Positions 54,309 through 64,000 of a stretch of 64,000 nucleotides of DNA are shown one piece after another (the first letter of the stretch is position 1; each line of letters opens with the position of its first letter). A program made the position numbers and the translations under genes. Origin of the DNA: an uncultured Acidobacteriota bacterium. Its GTDB lineage: Bacteria > Acidobacteriota > Thermoanaerobaculia > Multivoradales > SZUA-115. The stretch covers positions 544,001-608,000 of the forward strand of contig CAWDVR010000003.1 of the NCBI GenBank assembly GCA_963805975.1. Reading direction: 5' to 3'. The notes under the pieces are model-generated. The model made no database searches. It was given only the letters and a program-made list of their open reading frames with translations, and had not been told where the DNA came from.

Positions 54309-55436
54309 TCATTGCACTTCGACGGGGGTGCCGGGCTTCACCTGCAACAGGCCGGAGGTGATGACCTGCTCGCCCCCCTCGAGCCCGGAGGTGACCTCCA
54401 CCAGATCCTCGGTGCGGATGCCGGTCTCGATGATGCGCGGCTGCGCGAGCCCGTTCTCCACCACGAACACCTTCTTGCCGGCGAGCTCGGGAACGATGGC
54501 GATCCCCGGCACCGCGAGCGCGTCCGGGCGCTCGCGCACCGTCACCTCCACGTCCGCGAACGCCCCCGGCAGCAGGGCGCCGGACGGGTTGGGGCTCTCG
54601 GCGCGGAGCTGGAGCGAGCGGGTCTCGAAGTCGACGGTCGGCTGGATGGCGTAGACGCGGGCGCGGAAGGCGGTCTCGCTCCCCTTGACGCGGAAGATCA
54701 CCTCGCGCCCGACCTTCACCTCGCCGGTGTAGCGCTCGGGCAGCGAGAAGTCGAGCTTGATGGGCTCGATGTCCTGGAGCGTGGTGATGCGGGTCTGCGG
54801 CGAGAGGTAGGCGCCGAGAGAGATCTCGCGCAGACCCACGGTGCCGGCGAAGGAGGCGCGGATCTCGGTCTTCTTGAGCTGCGCCTCGATCAGCTTCTGC
54901 TCGGAGTCGAGCACGTTCCTTTCGCTCGCCTGGCGGTCGAACTCCTCCTGGCTGATGATGCCTTCGTCGAACAGGCGCTTCTGCTGCGCCTCGCGCTCGG
55001 CGGCGAGCTTGCTGCGGAAGCGGGCGCGCTCGAGCTGGGCCAGGAGCTCGGAGTCGTCGATCTTGACCAGGAGATCACCCGCTGCCACGCGGCCACCCTC
55101 GGTGAAGCGCACCGCGACCACCTTGCCGGAGATCTCGCTCGTCACCGCGACGAACTCGTTGGCGCGGAGCGACCCCGTGGTGGAGAGCGTCTCGGCCACC
55201 CTCTGCCGGCGGACCGGGACCACAGTGACCGGCACCCGAGTCGGCGCGGCAGGTGCCACGGTGGCGGCAGCCGCAGCCGGCTCCTTGCTCCGCGACTGGA
55301 GGCGGGGCCAGGCGACGGCGGCCGCGAGGACGAGGGCAATGCCGGCCACGACGAGCCACCGTACCCGGCGGCCACCGCTCTTCTCTTGCAGCTCGAGGTT
55401 GCTCTCGGCGGCGGCTTGCTCAGCAGTTTCTGGCAC
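54309..55436 (-). CDS. RND periplasmic adaptor (membrane fusion protein)
   Basis: N-terminal TM, EISGKV, coiled coil, IRASFAG, LLPGAF, GLEGGEQVIT. Confidence 0.95.
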   Translation of the reverse strand: MPETAEQAAAESNLELQEKSGGRRVRWLVVAGIALVLAAAVAWPRLQSRSKEPAAAAATVAPAAPTRVPVTVVPVRRQRVAETLSTTGSLRANEFVAVTSEISGKVVAVRFTEGGRVAAGDLLVKIDDSELLAQLERARFRSKLAAEREAQQKRLFDEGIISQEEFDRQASERNVLDSEQKLIEAQLKKTEIRASFAGTVGLREISLGAYLSPQTRITTLQDIEPIKLDFSLPERYTGEVKVGREVIFRVKGSETAFRARVYAIQPTVDFETRSLQLRAESPNPSGALLPGAFADVEVTVRERPDALAVPGIAIVPELAGKKVFVVENGLAQPRIIETGIRTEDLVEVTSGLEGGEQVITSGLLQVKPGTPVEVQ

Positions 55437-55563
55437 GAAGGAGGTCTCCCGCTTTGAATCGAGGGTGTTTCAAGCAAGACGCGCACCCGGCGCGGAAAGA
55501 GCCTACTACAACATTAGGTGAAGGGGCGTGACAGCCGGATGGCGGCGTGTCAGCCCCCTCTGT

Positions 55564-56661
55564 TCACCACCTCCCGCTCGCACCACGGCCGGAGAAGCTG
55601 CCCCCTCCCACGGAGCGGCCCCCGGTACTCGAGGACGAGGACCTGGTGAGGACCGGCGTCGAGCGGGCGTAGGTCTGGGAGTAAGAGCAGGCGGCGCAGC
55701 GCTCCTCGATGCGCACTCTCCCGGCCTGGCTGTAGGTGGCTGCGGCGAGCGTCGTCTTGGTCTCGTTCTTGGTCTTGGCGCCGCATTGGGGGCATCTGGA
55801 GTACCTGGAGAACCAGCGGCCACGCTGGCGCTTGACCACTTCGGTGCAGGAGCTGCACGCCCAGACGCGCCAGTTGGCGCTGCCCACGCGCTCCTCGGCC
55901 AGCTCGCCGGGCGTGAGATGGGCGTCGTCCGCCGCCTCGTCCAGCTCGACCATCGGCTGCCGGCAGCGTGGGCAACGCTCGTTGCCGGGGGTCAGCTTGC
56001 GAACCAGCCAGACCCCGCCTCCCAGCAGGCCCGCTGCGAGCGCCGCCAGCAGGCCTCCCGTGACCGGGTCTGTCTTGCGACCGGAAGAGCCTTCACTTCG
56101 TGCCCGGGCCGGTTGGCGCGCCGGGGTCTCGAGCAGGGATTGCCGGTCCTCGAGCGCCCCCAGACCGAGGATGCGCTCGGCGCAGGCCGTGGCCCCTTCG
56201 AGCATCGCGGCTTCGGGGTCTCCGGCGCGGAACTTGGGGACCATCACGCCCTGCATGATGGCCTCGCTGCTGCGCACGCTGGCGTCGGAGTCGATGCCGT
56301 CACCCAGGAGGATCTCGGCGGCGCGGTCGTCCAGGGCCGCGAAGACCAGCAGGCCGTCGTCCCGCTCCGAGCTCGCCAGGCCCCAGCGGTTGGCGAGATC
56401 GAGCGCGAAGCGGTGCGCGTCCACGCCGCCGGTGGTGTCGACGACGACCACGGCCAGCTCGGCGCCGGTCTCGGCCTTGACGCGGTCGCCCAGCCGGCCG
56501 AGCTCGGCCTCGGTCGCGGCGGACAGCGCACCGGCCTGGTCGACGACCCAGCCGTTGGGACGGGGGTCCGCGAGCTGGCCGAGCTCGACCGCCAGGCCCG
56601 GCCCGGCGAGGGCGGCGCTTGCGACCAGAAGAGCAGAGAACCAGGGCGGCCTACGAGCCAT
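55564..56661 (-). CDS. TPM domain protein with TM, four CxxC motifs and Gly/Ser tail
   Basis: WVVDQAGALS, ELAVVVV, DGLLV, EILLGDG; CPRC/CSSC/CPQC/CAAC; GGGSFSGRGASGRW. Confidence 0.9.
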   Translation of the reverse strand: MARRPPWFSALLVASAALAGPGLAVELGQLADPRPNGWVVDQAGALSAATEAELGRLGDRVKAETGAELAVVVVDTTGGVDAHRFALDLANRWGLASSERDDGLLVFAALDDRAAEILLGDGIDSDASVRSSEAIMQGVMVPKFRAGDPEAAMLEGATACAERILGLGALEDRQSLLETPARQPARARSEGSSGRKTDPVTGGLLAALAAGLLGGGVWLVRKLTPGNERCPRCRQPMVELDEAADDAHLTPGELAEERVGSANWRVWACSSCTEVVKRQRGRWFSRYSRCPQCGAKTKNETKTTLAAATYSQAGRVRIEERCAACSYSQTYARSTPVLTRSSSSSTGGRSVGGGSFSGRGASGRW

Positions 56662-56733
56662 CGGACCCTCCTTCCCGGCTGGCGATGACGAGCCAGTGGT
56701 GCTCGATCCTACGCACCGCGACCGCGTTGATTC

Positions 56734-57964
56734 CTACCACTTCCCGCTCGCCCCGCCTCCCGAGGAACTGCCGCCGTCGGAGTCCGAAGAGGAAGGTCCC
56801 GAGGGGGAAGGTGAGGAGTGTGCCGGGCCAGTGGTCGACCTTCGATAGACTGGGGGAGCGGAGCTGGCGAAGCCCCAGCGCCGGCGAGGCCGGTGGTCGT
56901 GCACCAGCCGCGGCACCATCTGGCTCGAAGCGGTGGCGTAGCCGCAATGCGCGCAGCTCTCTCGGATCTGGACCACGCCTTCGCTGTACCGGGTTGGGTG
57001 GTCGACGGTGTCCCTCGTGATGTCCAGCGTGGCGTAGCCGCACTGCGGGCAGGGTTTGAAGCGGGTGAAGAAGCCCGCCTTGCGGAGCTTCTCGGCGTAC
57101 TGGCAGCTCGGGCAGCACCATACCTGCCAGTCGGCGCTACCCGCCCGCTCCTCGGCCCGCTCGCCGGCTTCGAGCCGCCGAGTCGTCGCCGACCTCGTCC
57201 ATCTGGACCATGGCGGCCTTGCACCTCGGGCAGGCACGGGGCCGGCGGCGGAAGATCCGGCGCAGGAGCCACAGGAAGGCGAGGACGGCGGCGGCCAGTG
57301 CCACCAGGCAGGAGCAGCCGGCGAAGAGGTCGCCTCCCGAGGCCGGCCGCCGTGGGGCGGGAGCCGGGGCGGGCACCGCTCTTTGGGCCGGTGGCGCCTC
57401 CACCGGTCCGGGAGGCGCCGCAATCGGACCGGCTCCCGGCGACGTCTCGGCCGCCAGCGGCACGGCGCGAAGGATCTGCTCCGCGCAGGCCCGGGCGCCG
57501 GCGACGAGAGCGCCCTCCGGGTCGCCGCGCCGGAAGAGCGGCACCATGCTCGCCTGCATGATCCGCTCGGAGAGGCTACGGTTCTGCGTCGAGTCGATCC
57601 CGTCGCCGAGCACGATCTCGGCGGCGCGGTCCTCGATCGCCGCCAGCAGCAGCAGGCCGTCGTTGCGCCGGGAGTCACCCAGGCGCCAGCGGTTGAAGAG
57701 CTCGACGGCAAAGGCATGGGGATCGCGGCCGCCGGTGGTGTCGATCGCCACCACCACGATCTCCGCGCCCGTCTCGGCCTTGACGTGGCGGCCCAGGCTC
57801 TGGAGCGCGGCCTCGGTGTCCGCCGAGAGCGCACCTACCTGGTCCAGGACCCAGCCGCCGGGACGGGGATCGCGGAGGTCGCTCAGGGGAACCGCGAGTC
57901 CCGGCTGCGCACCGGCCAGGGCGAGAAGGAGGAGTGGGGCGAGAAGCGGCTGCTTCAGAGCCAT
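56734..57964 (-). CDS. TPM domain protein paralog; one +1 frameshift near 57179
   Basis: ATG 57964 signal peptide, WVLDQVGALS, NDGLLL, CPRC; after the shift CPSC/CPQC/CAHC, GGSSSGGGASGKW. Confidence 0.85.
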
Positions 57965-58044
57965 CGAGAACCTCGCTGTCGAGCGGGGACGGGGCGTCGC
58001 TAGTCGCCAATACGCGAGCCGCTCTGCGGCATTCCGGGTCGCTC

Positions 58045-58320
58045 CTACCCCCGCAGCTTCTCGACCTTCGCGTCCCGCTCGGACTCCATGCGGCTCTTCT
58101 CGCGCCGGTAGTAATCCTCCTGCTCGGCGCGCTTCAGGGGATCGCCCAGGGTCTTGATCTTGTCCTGGTGCAGGATCTCCAGCTCGGCCAGCTTGGCGCC
58201 GGCCAGGCGGCGGATCTCGGCCATCTGCTCGCGGGCCTCGGCCGAGAGAGCCTCCTCGCGCGGCGCCGCGATCCCCTGGGACTCCATTTTTTCGAGCGCC
58301 AGCTCGTAGGCGGATTTCAT
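58045..58320 (-). CDS. Small helical hypothetical protein
   Basis: MKSAYELALEKM...AKLAELEI; TAGACT -10 box 8 nt before the ATG. Confidence 0.8.
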   Translation of the reverse strand: MKSAYELALEKMESQGIAAPREEALSAEAREQMAEIRRLAGAKLAELEILHQDKIKTLGDPLKRAEQEDYYRREKSRMESERDAKVEKLRG

Positions 58321-58456
58321 AGCGGGCCAGTCTACCCCTTGCGCCCGTCTTCCTGTAGCCTCGGGGACCGCCGCGAGGCACTGAATTTGCTTTCCGCGCC
58401 CGCGGAGCCCGAGCACCAAGCCGTTTTGACACGATTTTCGGAGGGTCCGTTCCGCC

Positions 58457-59440
58457 ATGATCGAAGCGCAGCACCTGTCGCGCCGCTACGGCGATTTCAC
58501 GGCCGTGGACGACATCTCCTTCGCCATCGACGAACGCGAGATCGTCGGCATCCTCGGCCCCAACGGGGCCGGCAAGACCACCACCATCCGCATGATCACC
58601 GGCTTTCTCCCCCCGAACCAGGGGCGGGTGGTGGTCGGAGGGCAGGACCTCTTCGCCAACCCGGTGGCCGGGCGCCGGCAGATCGGCTACCTGCCGGAAA
58701 ACGTCTCCCTCTACGGCGAGATGCGGGTCGAGGAGTACCTCTCCTACCGTGCCGCCCTCGAAGGGATGAAGCGCGGCGCGGCGCGGCAGGCGATCGGCGA
58801 GACGGTGGAGAAGTGCCTGCTCACGGACGTCCGGCGGCAGATCATCGGTACCTTGTCCAAGGGCTACCGCCAGCGCGTGGGCCTCGCCACCGCCATCCTC
58901 CACCAGCCCAACGTGCTGGTGCTCGACGAGCCCACCGTGGGCCTCGATCCCAAGCAGATCATCGCCATCCGCGACCTGATCCGCGAGCTGGGGCGGGAGC
59001 GGACGCTGCTCCTTTCGACACACATCCTGCCCGAGGTCGAGCTGCTCTGTAACCGGGTGCTGATCATCGATCGCGGACGGATCGTGGACCAGGGCTCGCC
59101 GGAAGCGCTGCGGGAGCGCTGGCGCGGCAACGCCCAGCTCCGGGTGGTGGTCAAGGGCGACCCGCCGCAGGCGCAGTCGGCGCTCGCGAGCCTCGAGGGC
59201 GCCAAGGCCGTGCGGGCCGACGGTGCCGGCGCCTGGCTGGTGGAGAGCGACGGCGGCCGCGACCTGCGCGAGGCCGCCTTCCGGCTCGCCGTGGAGCGCG
59301 GCTGGGTGCTGCTCGAGCTGGCGGAGCGCAAGGCTTCGCTCGAAGACATCTTCGTCCGCCTCACCACCCACGACGCCGCGGCGCACGACGACGTGCCACC
59401 TGAGGGCGTGGCCCAGGAGAGCGGGGAGGTGCAGGCATGA
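58457..59440 (+). CDS. ABC transporter ATP-binding protein (GldA-like)
   Basis: GPNGAGKTT, LSKGYRQRVG, LDEPT, STH. Confidence 0.95.
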   Translation: MIEAQHLSRRYGDFTAVDDISFAIDEREIVGILGPNGAGKTTTIRMITGFLPPNQGRVVVGGQDLFANPVAGRRQIGYLPENVSLYGEMRVEEYLSYRAALEGMKRGAARQAIGETVEKCLLTDVRRQIIGTLSKGYRQRVGLATAILHQPNVLVLDEPTVGLDPKQIIAIRDLIRELGRERTLLLSTHILPEVELLCNRVLIIDRGRIVDQGSPEALRERWRGNAQLRVVVKGDPPQAQSALASLEGAKAVRADGAGAWLVESDGGRDLREAAFRLAVERGWVLLELAERKASLEDIFVRLTTHDAAAHDDVPPEGVAQESGEVQA

Positions 59441-60177
59441 GCGGCATCCTGGCAACGTTCCAGCGCGAGCTGCGCGCGTACTTCTTCTCACCGCTCGCCT
59501 ACCTGGTGGCGGCGTTCTTCCTGGTGATCAACGGCATCGTTTTCGGCATCATCGTCGGCTACCTGGCGGACCCGACCTTTCCCGCCGGCCGGCCGCTCGA
59601 CTACTTCTTCGGCGGTACCTGGCTCTTCTGGCTGGTGCTGATCTGCATCGTGCCGATCCTCACCATGCGCCTGATCTCCGAGGAGCGGCGCAGCGGCTCG
59701 ATCGAGGTGCTGATGACGGCGCCGGTGACCGAGACCCACGTGGTCACCGGCAAGTACCTGGCGGCCCTCACCTTCTACGCCTTCCTCTGGCTGCCCACCG
59801 TGCTCTACGCGGTGATCGTCGACGTCTACAGCGACATCGACTGGCGGACGGTGGGAGCCGGCTACCTCGGCATCCTGGGCATCGGCGCGGTCTTCCTGGC
59901 GCTCGGCACCTTCGCCTCGGCGATGACCAAGAGCCAGCTCGTGGCGGCGATCGTCACCTTCGCGCTCATCCTGGGCTTCTTCTGCGTCGTCTTCCTGGAG
60001 GGGCTGGTCAACGGCCCGGTGGCCAAGCAAGCGATGGAATACCTCTCGGTGCGCAAGCAGATGCAGGACTTCGCGATGGGCATTGTCGACACCCGCTACC
60101 TGGTGTACGACCTGTCGGTGACGGTCTTTTTCCTCTTTCTGACTACCAAGGCCCTCGCGGCCCGGAAGTGGAGGTGA
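59437..60177 (+). CDS. ABC-2 permease (GldF-like)
   Basis: RELRAYFFSPLAY, TMRLISEERRSGSIEVL, GKYLA, SQLVAA. Confidence 0.92.
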   Translation: MSGILATFQRELRAYFFSPLAYLVAAFFLVINGIVFGIIVGYLADPTFPAGRPLDYFFGGTWLFWLVLICIVPILTMRLISEERRSGSIEVLMTAPVTETHVVTGKYLAALTFYAFLWLPTVLYAVIVDVYSDIDWRTVGAGYLGILGIGAVFLALGTFASAMTKSQLVAAIVTFALILGFFCVVFLEGLVNGPVAKQAMEYLSVRKQMQDFAMGIVDTRYLVYDLSVTVFFLFLTTKALAARKWR

Positions 60178-60181
60178 GGCG

Positions 60182-61663
60182 ATGAGCACGGTTCCCGCCT
60201 CGAACCGCCGCCCCTGGCTCGAAGGCTCGATGCTGGGCGCCGGCGTGCTGCTCGCCGCGCTGCTGCTGGTGGCCGTGAACTACTTCGGCTGGAAGTACCA
60301 CCAGCGCTTCGACTGGACCAAGACCCGGCTCTACTCGCTGTCCGAGAAGACCCACAACGTCGTCCGCACGCTCGACAAGGACGTCAACGTCTTCGTCTTC
60401 ACCAGCCCCGGCGCCACGCTCTCGGAGGAGGTGCAGGAGATCCTGTCGCGCTACCAGGCGGCGTCGCCGCGCATCAAGGTGCGGGTGCTCGACCCGGTGA
60501 AGAACCTCTCCGAGACCCAGCGCCTGCTCCAGCAGTACCAGACCCGCTACGCCCAGGGGTCGATCAAGGTGGTGTTCGACGATGGCACCGAGCGGCGCAT
60601 CTTCGACGAGGCCAACCTCGCCGAGCTCGACTACTCCGCCATGCAGATGGGCGGGCCACCGCAGATCCAGGCCTTCAAGGGCGAAGAGGTGTTCACCGGC
60701 GCCCTGCTGGAGCTGACCTCGGGCAAGAAGCCGAAGGTGCTCTTCGTCACCGGCCACGGCGAGAAACGGCTCGACGACCCGGCCTCCGGCTTCCAGGGCC
60801 TGTCGCAGCTCCTGTCGCGCAACAACGTCGAGACCGGCACCTGGGCCTCGCTCGGCCAGGCCGCGGTGCCGGACGGCACCGACCTCCTGGTGGTGGCAGG
60901 CCCCACGGCCTCGTTCGTGCCGCCGGAGCTGGACGCCTTCTCCGCCTACCTGGCGCTGGGCGGCCGCATGCTGTGGCTGCTCGATCCGCCCCTCGACCCG
61001 GAGGGCGGGATCGCCGACCTGGGAGTCGAGGACTGGATGCTGCGGCTGGGGGTCAAGGTCGGCCGCGACGTGGTGATCGACCCCGACAAGACCGTGCCCT
61101 TCTTCGGCGCCGAGACCTTCTTCCTGGAGTCGTTCGGCGACCACCCGGTGTGCAAGGCGCTCTCCGAGGCGCAGCTCGCGGTGATCGTCTCCCTGGCCCG
61201 CTCGGTGACCAAGGCGAGCGAGGCGCCCGGCTACACGGCGACCGAGCTGATGAAGACCTCGAACGACGGCTGGGGCGAGACCAACCTGGCCGCGCCTGCG
61301 GCCAAGGACTCCGGCGAGGTCGCGGGGCCGGTCTCGGTGGGCGTGGCGGTCGAGGCGATCGGCAGCGGTGCCGAGACCCCCGGCGAGAGTGCCAAGCCCA
61401 AGGCGCGCCTGGTGGTGCTCGGTGACTCGAACTTCGCCGGCGACGACCTCATCGCCTCCAACGGCAACGCCGTGCTGCTCGACAACGCCTTCAACTGGCT
61501 CCTGAAGCGGGAGTCCTTCCTCGGCATCCCGCCCAAGAAGCCGGAGCAGGCGCGGCTCAACGTCACCGGGGACCAGTTGCTCAAGGTCTTCCTGTCGATC
61601 GCTCTGCTGCCGATCGCGGCGGTCGCCGCCGGCGTCGCCGTCTACTTCAAGCGGAGGCGCTAA
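60182..61663 (+). CDS. GldG-like ABC auxiliary component
   Basis: DWTKTRLYSLSEKT, FVTGHGE, LVVAGPT, GGRM, LVVLGDSNF, N- and C-terminal TMs. Confidence 0.9.
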   Translation: MSTVPASNRRPWLEGSMLGAGVLLAALLLVAVNYFGWKYHQRFDWTKTRLYSLSEKTHNVVRTLDKDVNVFVFTSPGATLSEEVQEILSRYQAASPRIKVRVLDPVKNLSETQRLLQQYQTRYAQGSIKVVFDDGTERRIFDEANLAELDYSAMQMGGPPQIQAFKGEEVFTGALLELTSGKKPKVLFVTGHGEKRLDDPASGFQGLSQLLSRNNVETGTWASLGQAAVPDGTDLLVVAGPTASFVPPELDAFSAYLALGGRMLWLLDPPLDPEGGIADLGVEDWMLRLGVKVGRDVVIDPDKTVPFFGAETFFLESFGDHPVCKALSEAQLAVIVSLARSVTKASEAPGYTATELMKTSNDGWGETNLAAPAAKDSGEVAGPVSVGVAVEAIGSGAETPGESAKPKARLVVLGDSNFAGDDLIASNGNAVLLDNAFNWLLKRESFLGIPPKKPEQARLNVTGDQLLKVFLSIALLPIAAVAAGVAVYFKRRR

Positions 61664-61666
61664 GCC

Positions 61667-63121
61667 GTGAAGCCGCGGACCCTGCTCGTCCTGCTCGTGC
61701 TGGTGGCCGGCCTCGGCGCCTTCATCTGGTTCCACGAGCGCAAGCTCCCCACCTCCGAGGAGCGGGCGGAGCAGGCGAAGAAGGTCGTCCGCCTCGAGGC
61801 GGACGAGGTCAAGGCGCTGGCGATCGAGGTCGACGGCAAGAAGGTCCGCCTCGAGCGCGAGGCGGCGCCGGCCGCCGAAAAGGGCGAGAAGAAAGAAGAC
61901 GAGGCGACCGCCTTTCCGCCACCGGCACGCTGGCGCCTGACCGAGCCGTTGTCCGCGGCGGCCGACGGTGCCGAGGTCGGGCGCCTGCTCGACTCGCTCC
62001 TCGGGCTCGACAAGCAGCGTACGCTCGACGACTACGACGCCACGGAGCTCGGCCTCGCGAGCCCGCGCGGCAAAGTCACGTTCGAGACCGCCGAGGGAAC
62101 GAAGGTACTCTCGATCGGCGCCCAGCTCCCGGAGTCGGACTCGACCATCGTCGCCATGAAAGGCGAAGAGGGCGCTTTCGTCGTCTCCTCGTTCTTCTAC
62201 AGCGACCTGGCCAAGGAGCCGGGCGACTGGCGGGACAAGTCGCTCTTCCCGGGCGAGAGGAAAGACATTCAGAGTGTGCGCCTCACTCCCCAAGGAGCAA
62301 CGCCCACAACTGGCGCGTCCGTGCTGCTCGCCCAGCGCGGCGAGGAGCTGTGGCTCGAGAGCCCGCTGGTCGATCGCACAGACCGCGAAGCCACCGACAA
62401 GCTCCTCACCCAGGTCTCGGGCCTCAAGGCGACGCGCTTCGTGGACCAGCCGCCGCCCGAGGGCCTGCTCGGGCTCTCGCCGCCGGCAGGCGTCATCGAA
62501 GTGGTGCTCCAGGGCCGGCCGGAGCCGCTCCGGATCGAGGTGGGGGCGCCGACAGCGGAGGGATCGCTCTCACGCTACGCGCGGGTGAGCGGCCAGCTCG
62601 TCGAGACGGACGCCGATCTCCTGCCGTTCCTCGGCCAGGCGGCCGACTCCTGGCGCTCCCTCGCCTGGACGGGTTTCGACTCGTGGGCCATCGAGAAGGC
62701 GACCGTCGAGGACCCGCAGGGCAAGCTCGAGCTGGTGCGCGACAGCGGCGAGTGGAAGAGGGACGGCGTCGAGATTCCTTACACGCCGGTGGGCGATTTG
62801 CTCGCCGCGCTCTCCGAGGCCCGCGCCGAGCGCCTGGCACCGCCGGAAGCGAGCTCGGTCCTCGGCGGCAAGGCGCCGCTGACCATCACCCTCGCGGGAC
62901 GGGACGACAAGAGCGAGACCCTGGGGCTCTATCCGGTGATCGACGGCGATTCGCCTGCCACTGTCAGCGGACGCCAGGCCGTGCTGCTGCTCTCCACCAA
63001 GACCGTCGAAGACCTCCAGGCCAAGATCGCCGCCGTGCGCGCAGCCGAGCCGGTGGCGAAGGAGGCCGAGGAGGACGGCGACGCGGCGGGGGTGGAGGTG
63101 GAGAAGGAGGAAGGGGAGTAA
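61667..63121 (+). CDS. DUF4340 domain protein
   Basis: N-terminal TM, repeated W.L..P...D / LGL..P / IG units, DWRDKSL; position after GldG. Confidence 0.82.
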   Translation: MKPRTLLVLLVLVAGLGAFIWFHERKLPTSEERAEQAKKVVRLEADEVKALAIEVDGKKVRLEREAAPAAEKGEKKEDEATAFPPPARWRLTEPLSAAADGAEVGRLLDSLLGLDKQRTLDDYDATELGLASPRGKVTFETAEGTKVLSIGAQLPESDSTIVAMKGEEGAFVVSSFFYSDLAKEPGDWRDKSLFPGERKDIQSVRLTPQGATPTTGASVLLAQRGEELWLESPLVDRTDREATDKLLTQVSGLKATRFVDQPPPEGLLGLSPPAGVIEVVLQGRPEPLRIEVGAPTAEGSLSRYARVSGQLVETDADLLPFLGQAADSWRSLAWTGFDSWAIEKATVEDPQGKLELVRDSGEWKRDGVEIPYTPVGDLLAALSEARAERLAPPEASSVLGGKAPLTITLAGRDDKSETLGLYPVIDGDSPATVSGRQAVLLLSTKTVEDLQAKIAAVRAAEPVAKEAEEDGDAAGVEVEKEEGE

Positions 63122-63151
63122 GGGCCGAGGCCCGCCTCCCCCGCTCTTCGC

Positions 63152-64000
63152 CTACCCTCGCTGGCGGCCGCCGCTGCGGTCGCCCATCGAGACCCTGAAG
63201 CCTCCCGTGCTCTGCCGGTCGGTCCGCTGCGGAGACGGACCCCGGCCCGGGGCCGCCCGTTGGCTGCGATCCCGTGCCGGCGCCGGCGCCTGGCCCCTGC
63301 GCTCGGCCTTCTTGGCCGCCCGCGCCCGCGCCTCGGCCTTCTCGGCCCGCATCTTGGCCAGCCGCTCGGCGAGCGGGATCTCGAGCTTTTCGGCCGCCTT
63401 GCGGTGGTAGTCGAAACCCTCGACCGTGCGGCGCGGCAGGCGGCTGCCGAGGACGCGCTCGATGGCGTTGAGGTCCGAGTTCTCGTGGTCGGCGACGAAG
63501 GTGAAGGCGTCGCCCACCGCCTCCGCCCGGGCGGTGCGGCCCACGCGGTGGATGTAGTCCTCCGGAACGCCCGGCACGTCCAGGTTGATGACGTGCGAGA
63601 TGCCCTCGACGTCGATGCCGCGCGCGGCGACGTCCGTCGCCACCAGCACCCGGTTGCGCCCCGTCTTGAACTCGGCCAAGGCCTGAGTGCGCTGCGCCTG
63701 CGAGCGGTTGCCGTGGATGCGGTCACAGGCGACGCCGTTCTTGGCCAGGAAGTCGGCCAGCCGGTTGGCGCGGTGCTTGGTGCGGGTGAAGACCAGCGCG
63801 CTCCGGACCTCGCTGCGGCGGAGCATCTCGAGGAGCAGGGCGGACTTCAAGTCCTCGCGCACCGGGAACACCGACTGCGTGATGCCGGTGGCCGGCGCGG
63901 CCTTGCGCTGGAGATTGACGGTCACCGGGTTGCGCAGCAGCTCGCGGGTGAGGCTCGCGATCGGCGGCGGCATGGTGGCGGAGAAGAACAGCGTCTGGCG
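63152..64000 (-). CDS. DEAD-box RNA helicase (RhlE-like), 5' part outside the window
   Basis: FSAT, LVFTRTK, IHGNRSQ, ATDVAARGID, YIHRVGRTAR, basic RG-rich tail. Confidence 0.95.
   Translation of the reverse strand, partial: RQTLFFSATMPPPIASLTRELLRNPVTVNLQRKAAPATGITQSVFPVREDLKSALLLEMLRRSEVRSALVFTRTKHRANRLADFLAKNGVACDRIHGNRSQAQRTQALAEFKTGRNRVLVATDVAARGIDVEGISHVINLDVPGVPEDYIHRVGRTARAEAVGDAFTFVADHENSDLNAIERVLGSRLPRRTVEGFDYHRKAAEKLEIPLAERLAKMRAEKAEARARAAKKAERRGQAPAPARDRSQRAAPGRGPSPQRTDRQSTGGFRVSMGDRSGGRQRG

Overview
A very GC-rich bacterial chromosomal segment (roughly 70% GC by eye) with about 50 genes. I saw no tRNA, rRNA, CRISPR array, prophage or intact transposase. The gene content suggests Acidobacteriota, probably Thermoanaerobaculia (inference): an IFxDGFE C-terminal tail, a TPR-sulfatase, CRTAC1/ASPIC-UnbV proteins and GldAFG-DUF4340. 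Left to right: a surface-glycan modification locus (AsnB, two methyltransferases, a GT2, paralogous GT-C-like membrane proteins, an SGNH-like protein); a SARP/BTAD-NB-ARC-TPR regulator facing a broken secreted-protein gene; an MscS-FHA fusion channel with a membrane-anchored Ser/Thr pseudokinase; RecQ; a TruC-like synthase; an orphan effector-like protein; an S9 peptidase-FGE fusion; a desaturase-ADC fusion; an RdgC-like gene; a secreted metalloprotease; a nitrilase facing an HMG-CoA reductase/CrtI-like/2x ASPIC-UnbV operon; Lrp-EamA; a cold-shock protein; an RND pump; two TPM-zinc ribbon paralogs; a Gld-like ABC system; and a partial DEAD-box helicase. Three toxin-antitoxin pairs and one decayed nucleotidyltransferase module are scattered among these. 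The best candidates for undescribed biology are (1) the MscS-FHA + pseudokinase pair, (2) the PHV/xQx-repeat-leader protein carrying NLS-like and SnAC-like motifs, and (3) the stand-alone HMG-CoA reductase operon. Several +1 frameshifts (recQ, the CrtI-like gene, one TPM gene) look like sequencing errors.
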